64,000 nt of DNA from Ascidiella aspersa (taxonomy: Eukaryota): NCBI GenBank assembly GCA_963924565.1, contig OZ004609.1, positions 21,452,001 through 21,516,000 on the forward strand, given 5' to 3'. Both the position numbers and the translations under genes were made by a program. Under the pieces are notes generated by a model. That model searched no databases. It was not told where the DNA came from and saw only the letters and a list, made by a program, of their open reading frames with translations. This document shows, one piece after another, positions 1 to 24,500 of this stretch. Numbering within the stretch: position 1 is the first letter of the stretch; each line of letters opens with the position of its first letter.

Positions 1-1286
1 TCAACCTCCTTGAACTTTTGGTATGAGTAATTGTATTATTTGTATTTAAGTTGTAAATATACCACTGTGTTCATGTTATTTCTAGCAGTAAACTTGCGTT
101 GTCGTATGATTTTTCGTTGTTATCTTATCCTTCTTGTGTTTCCAATGTATCACATTACTTGTGTGTTAGGTAAATGTTTTGTTATTTCCAACGAGCATTT
201 GTGCAAACAGGGTGCAGTTGATTCGATGTACCTTACGGTCTTTTGCTCCATCCTGGAACAAACCACTGTAATTTGTAACTTTGTACTGCGTTTTGGATGT
301 TTCGGTTCCAAAAAATAAACTCTATTTATCTATCTCAAATAAATTTCATATTCTGTATGATTTTTTGTCATTTCGCGAAGCAAAACATGATAGCTTTATA
401 GTTGTAAAACAGCAATATCTCGTCTCTATACGCTGTTAGCCACTTGTGTGAAATGGGTTGACTAAATACTTTTTCCAATAAATGAACAGTAAAACCTTAT
501 ACGAATATCAATATATCGATTGAGCGTAATACTAATATAACACATGAATAAAACAAATATGTAATCCCGCTACTAAATCGTTATCGAGATGGTCATTGAT
601 CATCCTTAACAAATCCGCTTTCTCGGTGCCAAATCATTCTCCGAAAGGTTGATAATTTGGCGCTAACACAAACGGCTTCCAAATTAACGAAATTGCATCT
701 TATATATATTTTAGAACGTTTGTGAGTCGTCAGCATGTTCGCCCGGTCTGTTGCTGACAGAGCAACGTCGTCGTTGACTACAAAAGGACCGGCAACTCCC
801 GTCGTGTGCTCGCCACTCCCCGGGCGCACGCGCGACATATCATACATCTCTTAACGTATCCGCGCAAAACCTTTTTTCAAGCGCAATTACCTGCGTTGGC
901 ATAAAAAATCAAATTAGGTATATTGCCCTAACAAAAAATAAATTCCTTACAGCGGTTTTGATAGTAACCAATTTCCAGTTCAAGCGAGATTTTACTTACG
1001 TTCGAAGAAGTATGGTACCGGGATTACGTAAAAAGCACATCACATGTTATAATTCATGTTAACGAACGTGTGCAACATTCCAAGTAAAGACTTAAGTTTA
1101 ACTTCGCAAAATATCGCGTTTGTTGTCGCAGTTTGAACAGTAAGCAATTTATATTTTTCAACGGGTTCCAGGTTTGTCTGACGTTGGACGCAGCTTAATT
1201 TGGCGTTTAGTGCAAAGGTTTAGCAATTTTCACTTTTTTGAAACATACTGAATAAACATCAGAAAACCTACACGGATATCTTACAA

Positions 1287-2434
1287 CAGGGGTTTTCAAC
1301 CTATGGGCCATGGCCCAGCAGTGGGCCACGGCAGTGTTTTCAGTGGGCCACAGAGCTTGGCATACAACGATACCAGAAATCATGTCATTATGAACACATA
1401 TGAGTCCGACATATAAATAACAAACACCTCGACGTAATGCTATGTTTGTAACATCATTTGTTTTCACAATACAATGTGTTTGGTTTGTTTTTACAATGTG
1501 TTTTCTCGCCACCCAACATGTGGTACGGATGCCGGGAAGGTTTTCCAAACGTAACAATCGCCTTGCTTACGTATTATCCTTTGTTACGTTTATTTTTTGT
1601 TTGCGAGCATTAATTTTGCCTGGTTTAGGACAGTGCTCCCACTGCTCCGCAACCGGTGTGCAGCGACATTTTCGTAGGTGTGTTAATTGTGCTTCAGGGT
1701 ACTTTTTGATCATTCGAATTAACACGAAAATGTATATCTCATTAAGGTAAGTGTTTTGACCTTATGTATTATTCCAGGTGTAAATTCATGAACTTCAATA
1801 TTATGTAAAACATTTTTAAAAACTATACGATCGTCATAAATCGAAATATTGACTTAACCACCAGGAACTACCAGGAGTATAAAAACACAACAATTGTTTT
1901 CAAATTTTACACCAACGTGGAAAGGGAGATTAACCATGCGCTCGAAACCCATAAAATATCATAAATATATTATTGGCATTTTGTGATAAAGTATAATTAG
2001 TCTTGAGAGTTGTTTCGAAAAATGTCTGAAGCTACAAAATACAAAGCACCAATGCCCGGTTTCATTTTCCAAATTCTATTTAAAGCTCTCTGTTTTCCGT
2101 CCGCTATTGCCGGCTTCAGAAGTTTTCAGAAAGTTTGTAAAACCGCAAAATCAGAAGAAGGAATGTAATACGTAAATTTTCGGCGCATTTCATTATAAAC
2201 TGCTCCTTTTTTTATTGGCTGCCCAGGATATTTGCTGCCCCGCTTTATATATTAAGCTACTCGACTGGGCTGTCCCAAAGTCACGCCATTAAGTATGGGG
2301 CGACCTAACATTATTAATTAATTTATTGTATTGTTGAAACTTGGTGTTTTTCATCGAACGTTAATAATAATGGGCCAACGCCATTTGTTTGCTAATTTAG
2401 TGGGCCATGAGCAAAAAAAGGTTGAAAACCCCTG
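1287..2434. mobile_element. Non-autonomous hAT (Buster/Charlie-type) element, 1148 bp
   Basis: TIRs CAGGGGTTTTCAACCT / AGGTTGAAAACCCCTG; perfect 8-bp TSD TCTTACAA; subterminal (T)GGGCCA repeats. Confidence 0.92.
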
Positions 2435-4377
2435 TCTTACAACAAACAGCAGTTAACAGTAAGCATTGTTTTATTTTCAATAGGGATTTTTCTTACATTT
2501 GACGCAGTTTACCACCGGGATAACATATTTGCTTAAATATCACGCTATTAAGCAGGTCTAAACAATTGCTGCTATAACCTAAAGTTTACCGTCTGAGAGT
2601 TATTCTCAATTGACAAATGTTACTGGGTTTTCTTTACTTCAAGTCAAGTACATTGCCTTGGTAAAAATAAAATTTCAAGCGGCAAAAGTTCTACTTTTGT
2701 GTTTAATAGCGTTTGCCGTTTGTTTGCCGACGTAAATGGAGCCTAAGTTCGCAAAAAATTGCGTTTATTGCAGCGTTTTCCTTAACATTCTTTCATGAGG
2801 CATATAGGACACTTATAGTTACAGGGACAACGTACAGCAACCCTAACCGAGTATAAACTACGCAACATTTGGACTGAGTTTGCAAAATATCGCGTTTATT
2901 GCAGCGGTTTGAAAACTAAACAAATTTACTTTTTAAATGGGATTTTCTTTCGTGGGATGTAGTATGGTACCTACCGGGACATATTTGCTTGAATTTCGTG
3001 CAATTTTAACAATTGCTGCTACGACTTTTTTACGTTTTATAAATAATCGGCTATAACATGCGGCTTAAGGAAGGTTATACACAGCTGGTAACACGTGATT
3101 AGTGATTAAATAGTCACAGTGCGTTCGCGCCTTTCCTTTAGTGACCTATTTCAGACACAAAACTGTTTTTAGGTTATACGTTAATTTTTCATTTTTACGC
3201 TGTTTTAACCAAATGCAAAAATTACTAACCGTTTGTATTTTGTCACAATGCCCCAAAAGTGGCGTGACGTTTACAACGTTTAAGCATGGCATTTTACATC
3301 AGTGGTTCTCAACCGCCGGTCCGCGTCAACCTTCCTGCCGGTCCGTTAAATATATTACAATTTTATATCTCAATTGCAAAATGCAAGATGTTGAAGGCTT
3401 GTCCATCAAATTTAGAACTCTGCCAGTTTCCTAATTTGCAGCATTGTCACGTAACATAAAGTTAATGGTCTACTTTGGACTTTATCGTACCTAACAATGG
3501 TGTTGGATTTCGGGTACGCCATTCACAACAACGCGAGAAAAAACGACTCGATTTGTGTCGAGTAATTGCATTTATATTTTCACCTTTCGAGGGCATTTAT
3601 ATGTAAACGGAGGTGGTGATAAAAACGCGAAAGTAAATCGAGTGGGAAAAAGAACCTTTTCTTGGTGTCATTTATTTCTCAAACGACAAAAAACGAGTGT
3701 TTACTTGAAAAGCGTATGAAACGGATAAACCTTACGTGAACAAGTTTTTACTTTTAAATTTGGAGAATTTTGTTAGAATGATCGAAAACTATTTGTTAGC
3801 AGTAATCAAATTATACAGCAACCTATGCAGGCCTGTGTCAATTTACCCCGAAGTCACGTTAAACTTGGTTCATTGTATTTTATAATGGCAGAAAGTGTAA
3901 GCAATTATAGAAGCACCATGGACAGATTTATTCAAAACACAGAGAACGTGAAAAACACTTCGACCTAACGACATTTGTTTGTTGACCGCGATAACACACA
4001 TATAATTAATCTATGTCATTTAAGGCACATACCAGTATAGTTCTCGAACGCGCTAATACATAATCATGTAATCATAATAGTTAGAAAAAGTAGACATTCA
4101 TACACTTCCGCTAATGATGAGCATTTAGAAATGTTAAACTGGAAGGGATTTATATTCAATTGCACAGCGTAACTCCGTCGAAATTTACCGCGGTTCGTAC
4201 AGTGAAAACTAAGGTTGCGGAGGTCAACAAGAAGTTTAAACTGCGAAATTGCTACACTAAAAATGATGTAGTCTATTTGCGAGATTTGAAAGCACCGGTT
4301 ATCATTTCTCAGTATTAAAGTTGGCAAAACAAAACTGCACTTTAAGAGATGTAACCTTGCATCCCTTTACTGTAGAA

Positions 4378-4686
4378 CAAAGGTTCTTAAACTGGGGTCC
4401 ATGGACCCCTTAGGGGTCCGTGAACTAGTTTTAGGGGGTCCATGAAGGTCTAATTGAAATATTAGTGTATATTTAAGAAGTAGTCAATTTATTAAAGAAA
4501 ACAATTAAATTAAAAATAAAACGGTTTTGCACTGAATGTATTTAACTCCATTTCACTTTCACATTTTTGGACCAAAATCAGCAAATTTATGAAGTCTATT
4601 TGTACTGTGACGTCAATTTATGACGTATTTTTAATATTTTTTTGCCTACAGTGGTCCACGCGGTAAAAAAAGTTTAAGAACCCCTG
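4378..4686. mobile_element. hAT MITE, 309 bp
   Basis: TIRs CAAAGGTTCTTAAACT / AGTTTAAGAACCCCTG; perfect TSD CTGTAGAA; subterminal GGGGTCC repeats. Confidence 0.88.
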
Positions 4687-5413
4687 CTGTAGAAGAATTG
4701 TCGATTGTATAATAATAAAAAAAAACGGAAAAAATGTACGACCCGCTCGGGGCATCGACTCCGACGAGCTACAGCGTAGTAAAGGAGCACCAGTGTGTTC
4801 TATATACAATTGCTACGTTTTTTAGAAAAAGGATAAAGGGGCGATAACCGACCGGTTCGCGGCTTTCGAAACCAAACAACCAGTGACTTTGCGCGGATGG
4901 AAGGTGATGAAGTAGTTCGAAAGCAGCCGCGGTTACAACACGGAGAAATAGGTGGCGAGTTAATGAACTTGATCAAACGCGCAAGAAAGAAACAACAACA
5001 GTAGGGTGACGACAGTAGAAATACGCAACCGTTTGAACGCCATAGAGCGGACGCGAAAATCGAAGAGCGAATTCGTAAACAGCTTTAAAATAGAAAATTG
5101 AATAACTCGTGGTCGGACGGTGCTTAGTCGCATCGGAAGTGTATTTTCGATACAGTTTGTTTTTACAAAACAACTCCAAAATTTAACTAAATATTTTTGT
5201 TAAAAAAATTCTTCATATACAGTGAGATAATAATCTTCAAAACGATAGACGGAAAGCTCACAATGAGCAAACGCTCTATCGAAAGGAGATACTGAATGTA
5301 TTTTATTCAACTATGGAAAGTTCATTTAAAAACGCTAGATTTGATTTTTTTGCCACTGCGACACTTCGGCAGCCGAAGTAGGAAACAGAACTGGGTTTTC
5401 GTTCAGCAACAAA

Positions 5414-16872
<11,459 letters not shown>

Positions 16873-17147
16873 GGTTTTGCCAGGAACACAGCTGTAATAT
16901 TTCCCAAGCGTTAAAATACACAAGTGGTGCACACCCTGACCAACTTGTTTGCTTTTCAGTTGCAGGTTTTCTGTTTAGATTTTACAAGGTAATATCCTAT
17001 AACTGAAGCTTAAAACACTTAGGATACATTTAATATTTGTACAACTGTATTGTCAAAAACAAACAAATAACAAATCCATTTCAAATAACACTTGCATAGG
17101 GTTTTCATATTTTTTTAAATATATAGTTTCTCTAAGTTTATGTCGTC

Positions 17148-17381
17148 GCGCTGGTCTAGAATGCTATCACATTTATTTTAACACTAACGAAACGAGTTGT
17201 TAAAGCTTAAATTACAAGGAAGGCATAAATATGTAAGAATAAATATAATAATAACATATGATCCACCAAAATTCATAGTCTAACTCTCACCCTAACCCTA
17301 AAAATTGACCAAAGGGAAGTATGCAGCTCGAAGTAATATAAACCCCCAGACGAAAATGTGTTAGAATTTTAGACCAGCGCC
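17148..17381. mobile_element. TIR element of the GGCGCTGGTCTAGAAT family (Merlin-like), upstream of the Smad1/5 ATG
   Basis: TIRs GCGCTGGTCTAGAAT / ATTTTAGACCAGCGCC. Internal sequence is collinear with the copy at 32300-32787. Possible TSD ATGTCGTC/ATGGCCTC (6/8). Confidence 0.75.
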
Positions 17382-19494
17382 ATGGCCTCTTACAAAAACA
17401 CACTTATATAAATATTTAGCCATTTCCGCAGATGACTGCATAAATTAACTGAAGATATTATACTTGTTACTTGATGTGAATTCGTTAGACATCTTTATAC
17501 GGTTACTTTCTGCTGTTAGCACTGGGAACTGCCGCTATTCGTTAATGGTGGATTCTGCTGTTCAATCTGCGTTTACTACAGCCTACAGGTGTTGCGATTC
17601 AATGAAAGCTTAATTGCAATCATTGGCGTTGCCACTCATGATTGTTGAACAGTGAGAACACGCGCGAACGAGCAAAAAAGTTTCTTTACCTTTTTTCAAC
17701 CGGCGACGTCATGTCTCCTGACCGTCAGCACCCCAGCGTTCTCCAGATATTCATCCGCCGTAAAAAAAAAATGAGTTTAAATGTTATCAAATCATTGCTA
17801 TGAACCTATAATTACATTATTTTATTCTAAAGACAACAGAATGTTAATCAAAACTGTATAACTGAAAAAAAACATTTAACAGAAAAGAACATAAGACTCA
17901 CTCGCGAACATTTGCACCGGTATACATTTTGTACTACTCGTTATTATCGTCTTAGACGAGTAGAATAATGATAAAAGCAGGTTTCTAACTTAAGTACATC
18001 AAATTGTTTGCTTTTGATTTTAAAAAGGTATTTAGTTTTGAAAGAAAGTGTCAGTTCATATAAAAGATGACTAACTCATAACTGGTTTAATGCTATATTT
18101 AAAAAATGCCACCAAAAGTTGTGCCATAAAAAAAAAATCTGAAGCAAGTAATAAACACCAACTTGAATAGAACCGCTAATCGAAAAACAACGTCTCGATT
18201 TATATAGCAGCCAACGCCTTATAAAACAAGAATACAGTTGATTTAAAAATACCCAGTGTAAGATTAGTAGGAATATGAAGCCCCATACAAAAGTAGGTAC
18301 CTGTAGAATTTTGAACGTTACGAATATCTCTTTATTCATTCTTGACGTTCAAAATGCTCCCTACCTCTGTGTGCCTGGGCTTTGCTATTCTTACTACGTC
18401 TTACTGCAACCTCCAGCGATTATTCTCCGACTCCGAAGAGTGTTTTTATAAATAAATTGGATTGTCTTTCAAAGGTTAATGTCAAGACACAACGGGGAAC
18501 AACATAGCTTTTACTGAGTTAAGTAGATACCTATCTACCTGTGTGGCGGGCGCTAAAACAGTGTTACTGTTTAATAAGTCCAAGGTTATGTCTTTCGCAA
18601 AAAATAACAAGTTCAAGTCATTAGTTCCCCGTGCATCACTAAAAGATAAATAAATAAATTTTACGAAAATAAAAATTGATGAAAACACTTAATTTTAAAG
18701 TGATTTTGGCAAAATAATAAAGTTAAGTAAAGGGAATTTTGTCAAAGAGACTTAATTAAGCCAAGTCAAGTCATTTAAAAACAATGACTAAAGCCAAGTC
18801 ATTACAACACTGAGTGTGATGCCGCAAGACGTCGCCCTAACACCGCATGCGGATAAATAAATTTATAGAACTGTAACAAGTACGCCAAATCCGAGTTGAA
18901 TCTCTAAATGTTCCACAGTATGGTCAAATCGGAACATCTTATCGCCACTAAGAATAATAAAATTAATGACTTTCTCTGCAAGTGAACAGGGCAACTGTTA
19001 AGTTCAGTACAAGTAACCCCGAATCCCCAACTGTATTTTATGCCTCCCTGCTAAATCGTTGCTTTCTGACATGTTTTATCTCGTCTCTTTTTTTCTTTTG
19101 CCTTCGTTTTGTTGTGTCGTTATATGAATAAAATATATTTTAAATGAAAAAAAAACTAACAATTGCCACGGTTATATTTATTTGTTGCACAGTGGTTCTT
19201 TTTTAATATCGACCTCAAAAATTGATTTTGTTTTTTAACCAGGGTCGGCATACAATTTTTTTAGCGACGGCGTCATAAAGCGAATAGATAGTCTATTTTA
19301 AGGGTCCAACAAATGTAAACTTGACATTGGTAAAAATCCAAGACCATCATTTATATGCGACACGCGTTTTCGCATTACAAAAGATAACAATTAGATCTAA
19401 GTATTAAAAAAAATAGCAAATGTGTTTAAATTATTGGGTACTAAATAAGTGTTATAGACGGTTACGTTTGCATAGAATTCCAATTGCTTGCGGT

Positions 19495-19699
19495 CAGGGG
19501 CTGATTCAGGAAGCCCTAAGTTTAGTTAAGTCTTGATTGTCTTTGTAAGGCGTTTTAGTTCAATTGAAGAAATTCATGTCCAAGACGTCACGGTCAACAT
19601 AGCGGTATATAATGACCTAATCTATAAAAATGTAGTTTTACAAATGAATATATATGTTTGTAAACCTGATCACAGAAAAATATCCTGGATCCGCCCATG
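19495..19699. mobile_element. hAT MITE of the CAGGGGCGGATCCAGGA type
   Basis: TIRs CAGGGGCTGATTCAGGA / TCCTGGATCCGCCCATG; TSD CTTGCGGT/CTTGCTGT (7/8). A further hAT right end (GTTTGAGAACCACTG) ends at 19885. Confidence 0.7.
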
Positions 19700-21599
19700 C
19701 TTGCTGTGTGAGGCCGGCGAACGATTTGAAAAGAAAATCGTTGGTCTGATTTTTCGCCGTCACGCTATTGCTATCGAAAAAAAAATCGCCCTTTAAAAAA
19801 ATTCCGTCCTTTTGTATTGTAGGAGGGGCGGCAATGATGCATAGATTGCGAAGGGAGACCGAGCAAATAAGTTTGAGAACCACTGAATTAACCTACAAGA
19901 TAATAAACTGGATAGCATCACAGTCAACTTAACATGCTCTTTGCATATATTTATAGGTTTTGCAGAAATAACTTTTTTGGAGATTGGGGAGGGGATTTTA
20001 CCTTAAGGAAGATATAACAGAAATTCTGTTTGAAAAATCACTTCGAACGGCGATAGATAAAATGGGTAACATTAGAATAACAAGTAACAACTATTAAATA
20101 GATGCTAAACGTAATCTTCTTCTGCCCCTAACAGTACTTGTGCTAGAACAAAAGCTTCAAAACGAAGCGTTCGTCAGGGAATACTTGACCGTAAACAGCA
20201 ACACTATTTACAACGAACAATTGCAAATTTATGGTCGTATTATGATACAACGATCAACAAAGCTCAGCATAAAATCACAACTTATTGCGACTCAAAATGA
20301 GCGCAACTGAGTTTGAGACTTTCCAACTGCGACTTCTGCATTTAACAATGTGGTGATTAAGCCTCGCATGTACTCCATGCATCAAGATTAAGTACAGTCG
20401 TCTTCCATTCTCGCCAACTAACTGCAAACGAGTAAGTGCATGCATCCAATAAATGCGATACAACAGCGAGATGTACAACACGCGCCAAGAGAACTTACGT
20501 TAAATGAAATGCAAATGCGAAAGCAATTTAATTCCCAAACGGGTGTGCCATATCGTCCAACTTTAAAAGAAACGTTAAATTAAAAGAAACACAGCTACTT
20601 TTTAAGGGCAAGCGCAAAAGAAAAGAAAATCCGTCACTGAAACCGCAAACATATAAGGGGTCGCTATTATTTAAGCTACCTGTTAATTAGTTTTGATACT
20701 GAAATTCAACATGCGGTCGCACAAACCTTCAATATCAGAACATTAATGTATATTTCATTCAAAAAAACTTAGCCGAAAGCAGGTTCTGCTGTACAAATTA
20801 AAATCCGCGCAAGCAAAGGGGGAAACAATAAAGATTTAAATATTTAACGACTTAAAGGCAGCTTCTGAATGTTCAACACGCCAATGTAACTGTATAAGAA
20901 CTAGTTAAAAGCGAATATAAAACATAAGAAAAAACGTTTAAGGTTACACATTGGTTTAGCAAAAAATAAAACAACGTTTATAACTGCTTCAACAAACGGA
21001 AGTGTTTCAAAACTTTTAGTTGATACGGAAACATTAGTTTAAACGAGACGTATGGTGGTGTGCACGTGTGATTAGCTTTGCGAACTTTCCAATACGTCAA
21101 TATCTGGCGCAACGGTTAGCTAAACAACACTAATTTATTCTTAAGCTATAGCTATACGAGAATGCCCACTACTAATAAAACAAAACGTGTTGATTCAGCA
21201 ATTCAATAACTCTATAAAAATCTCGATTAAAAACAAAAATAGGCGGGTGGTACAGACGGTTTTATTAAAAAAAATATGTGTAGATTTTTTGGATGAATAT
21301 GCTTCTTTTTTTTCTGTTCCTTAATTCTGATTTTGAACAATAGACTGGTGGACCTAATAGACGTGCGCGCTCAAAAAGGAAATCGTTGCAAATCGGGTTA
21401 AAGGATTTGCCTCATGCCCATTTGAGCTCGCTCGTTTGAAACGGCGAAGGTCCAACGTATAGCAAAGATAATAATAAGGCGACGAAAAAATAAAAAAATA
21501 CGTCACAAGCGCCCTATGGACGGTAACATATGACGGGAAAAGCGACATGGAGGGCCAAACGTTCGACGATGTAGAAAGCAAACGTTCGTTGCTACGCAT

Positions 21600-24500
21600 T
21601 CACCTTTCGTCAATCGTGCTGAAGTTTGTGTGGCTGGTTTCGCGCAGCTGGGCGTGGTTATCTACAAAACGAAAAGATTAGAAACTTAATTAATGGCGGG
21701 GCGGCATAAATTTTGAAGACATTGTATCGACATGCTTAAAAAGGTCCTGGGATCCTTTAGTTTAAGCAGCAAGATATATTGCGATATGTCAAGTCTGTGA
21801 AATACAGACCAATATGGTAAGATTTCGAGAAAAAAAGAAACATGATAACATATAACGATCCAAAGTTAAACCTCCAGTCACCAAACAACGACAAAACAAC
21901 ACCGCTCATATGACAGCATCTACGTCAAACGTGTCACGTTAGATCGAGCGTCACGTTTCTAAAGCTTAAAGGCGTGACTTATGAGTATTTCCCTATTACA
22001 ACGTAACAATCGGGAATTAACAACTCACGTTCAAGGAAATCGACCATGATTTGAATTAGACAGGGCAGTGACAATTTGCAAACATGTGTGACCCGCTGTT
22101 TTTATAAAATATTCATTGGCATCGTCGCCCACAAATTGACGATAACCTCGCAGTTTCTACAAGTGCGGCTGGGCAGATATAGACAAATAGAGATTGGTAA
22201 AACTGTTTTTTTAAATCTCGATGTTGGCTTATTCAAATTATATCCGATTTTATCTGGCATGGGCTGTTTTAAATTAGGCCTGTGTATGTCGGTGGACCGC
22301 CTTTTTGCTACATGAACATTATATATATTTACTTTGAGAGATGTTGAACCATCGGGGAAAGTTTAAGACCGAGGCGTTTTCTATGGGCATCATTTTTTAG
22401 TTAACAAAAAGTTACGATTTACGACATACACATATTATTAAAATACAGTATCATTGGTTAAGCTAATACTACATCTACTCCAAGTTACCCTTATAGTTTC
22501 GGCATGGGGTGCATTTAGCTATTTAAAAGTGAGTTATGCTTTGCTACTTAAAAATACGAAGCTGACATGTGTGTAAAATGTAAACCAGTGGTCGGCAAAC
22601 TTTTTTTGTCGCGGCCCAAAGTACTCTTTACATAACTTTTGAAGGCCCACTACGTAAAACCTGTACGAAAACAGCGGCGGATTTAAGATGTTTGTTTTAA
22701 TGGTGAAGTATTACACGGTGCCTTTATTCTCAAAACATCTAGGCCTACCACGGCATAATGTAAAACATACTATAAAACGAAGCATATACGCGCGCAGCGC
22801 GAAAAGTTTTGCGTTTACATATAGTTAAAGTAGGCAAAACATATAGTTCGACACCTACTGAGGACCACATTTGGCACGTGGATCTGAACTACGCTGGGAC
22901 AATATAAAAATTCTAAGCCACATGCATTTTTAAAACAAAGTACAATGAACGTACGGCTATCACGCGGCCCACAGCTAAATATAACATTAATCTATTCAAA
23001 AGTAACTCGCGGCCCACTAAAAATGGCTCTGCGGCCCACATTTGGGCCGCGGCCCACAGTTTGCCGACCACTGATGTAAACGGTGGTTCTCAAGGAATTT
23101 ATTCAGATTGAGATACTCGCATCTTGCGCAGTTTATTTACTCTTAGCCAGTTAGTTGTACCCACCCGTACCGTGTAAACCCTTACACCCCTGGTTTAGTA
23201 CGAAGAGTTAGAAAATTAAAATCGCTGATCATACCGGTGCCGGCTTCGTCTCTCCACACAGGCTCGTCACTGGACAGCAAGCCGTTGGAGTCATCCGGTT
23301 TCGGGCGCTGTGGAAACGTCATGCCGTTGCCCTGGCTGAAATTGAAGCGTCGTTAATATACGGTGCGAAATCGCCCGTGCACCTGTGGGTACTTTCTGTT
23401 TCTGTTACCAGTATAAAACGCTGTTTATCAGGGTCGAGCGGGTTTTCACACAGGAAGCATAACAAGAGCTACAGAGTAGCCATTTTACTTTATAACCAAC
23501 TCAAACAGTTTATTTACCTTATCCAAGTTTAGTCTAATATGGCTTTATAAAAGAAGACGTGGCTAATGCAGAAATAACAGCATTCATTAACAAAAGTGTT
23601 AAACAGCCCGCAGCCAGGGAACCATGTTTAGGATAGAACTAAAAAAGAAACATTAGCCCACTAAACTTTCTTCCAGAAATTGTGAAAATTGTTTCTAATC
23701 AATCAACAGCACATGCAAGACATTTTTATGAAATTTGTCTGCTAAAGGAAACATTCAATACTAAATTACACATCCAATGCTAATTTATTAGTTAAACAAA
23801 AAAGCATGTTGACATTGTATTCCTTTCAGTCATGCAAACAAGCATAACATTTCAAAAAACCATAAACTGTAGTACATACAAGTGAAATATGTGTATAGTG
23901 TACACACCAAAGCACATGCAATGGACTTTAATTACAATAATCCAATAGTCCGAAGGTCAGTAAAGTAAGGAAATTGTTGTTAATTACAATGGTATGCATT
24001 CTTTATCACAGCAGGCAAAGTTAGTAGCCGCACCAACAAACATACCCTGCCTGAGTGGTTGTCTGTTCTACATCTGATTGAATTAGTCGCACTGGGTATG
24101 TTTGGCCATCGCCCAAACTGCAAATGAATTACAACAGCTATGCACAAGGCAGCAAATTTTAAGAACAAGCAGCTTTATAGCTATTTATTAAATTTTTATA
24201 AAAGTGCAACACAAAAAAATTAGCACCATTCCTAACAATAGGGAAACCTTTGGAGCGGTTAATATAATTTCATAACTGTATAATATCATAATTATGTTTT
24301 TTTACTGCGCTTTGTAAAATTTGCTTACTTCAAATAGTGTCAGGATGAAACTTTTTGAGCTGTTGTACCTATAACTATTTTAGGTATATAGAACTAAATA
24401 CATGTATTAAAGGTGTGAATCAGGGTTTCTTAAACTTTTTTGTCGGCACCCCCTTTAAAGAATTGAAACTTTCTGCAACCTATATCATTTGATATTGATA

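Noticed and set aside
1-340. Possible LINE 3' tail (AATAAA followed by a TATC-like repeat); a similar stretch lies at about 18950-19155
   Set aside because: No reverse-transcriptase homology is visible; a repeat-library search is needed.
593-880. CpG-rich patch with an 84-aa ORF, possibly the promoter of a neighbouring gene
   Set aside because: No recognisable protein or splice structure within the window.
3300-3960. hAT left end (CAGTGGTTCTCAACC) followed by a possible decayed transposase start
   Set aside because: No matching right TIR or TSD and no sustained ORF, so it cannot be delimited.
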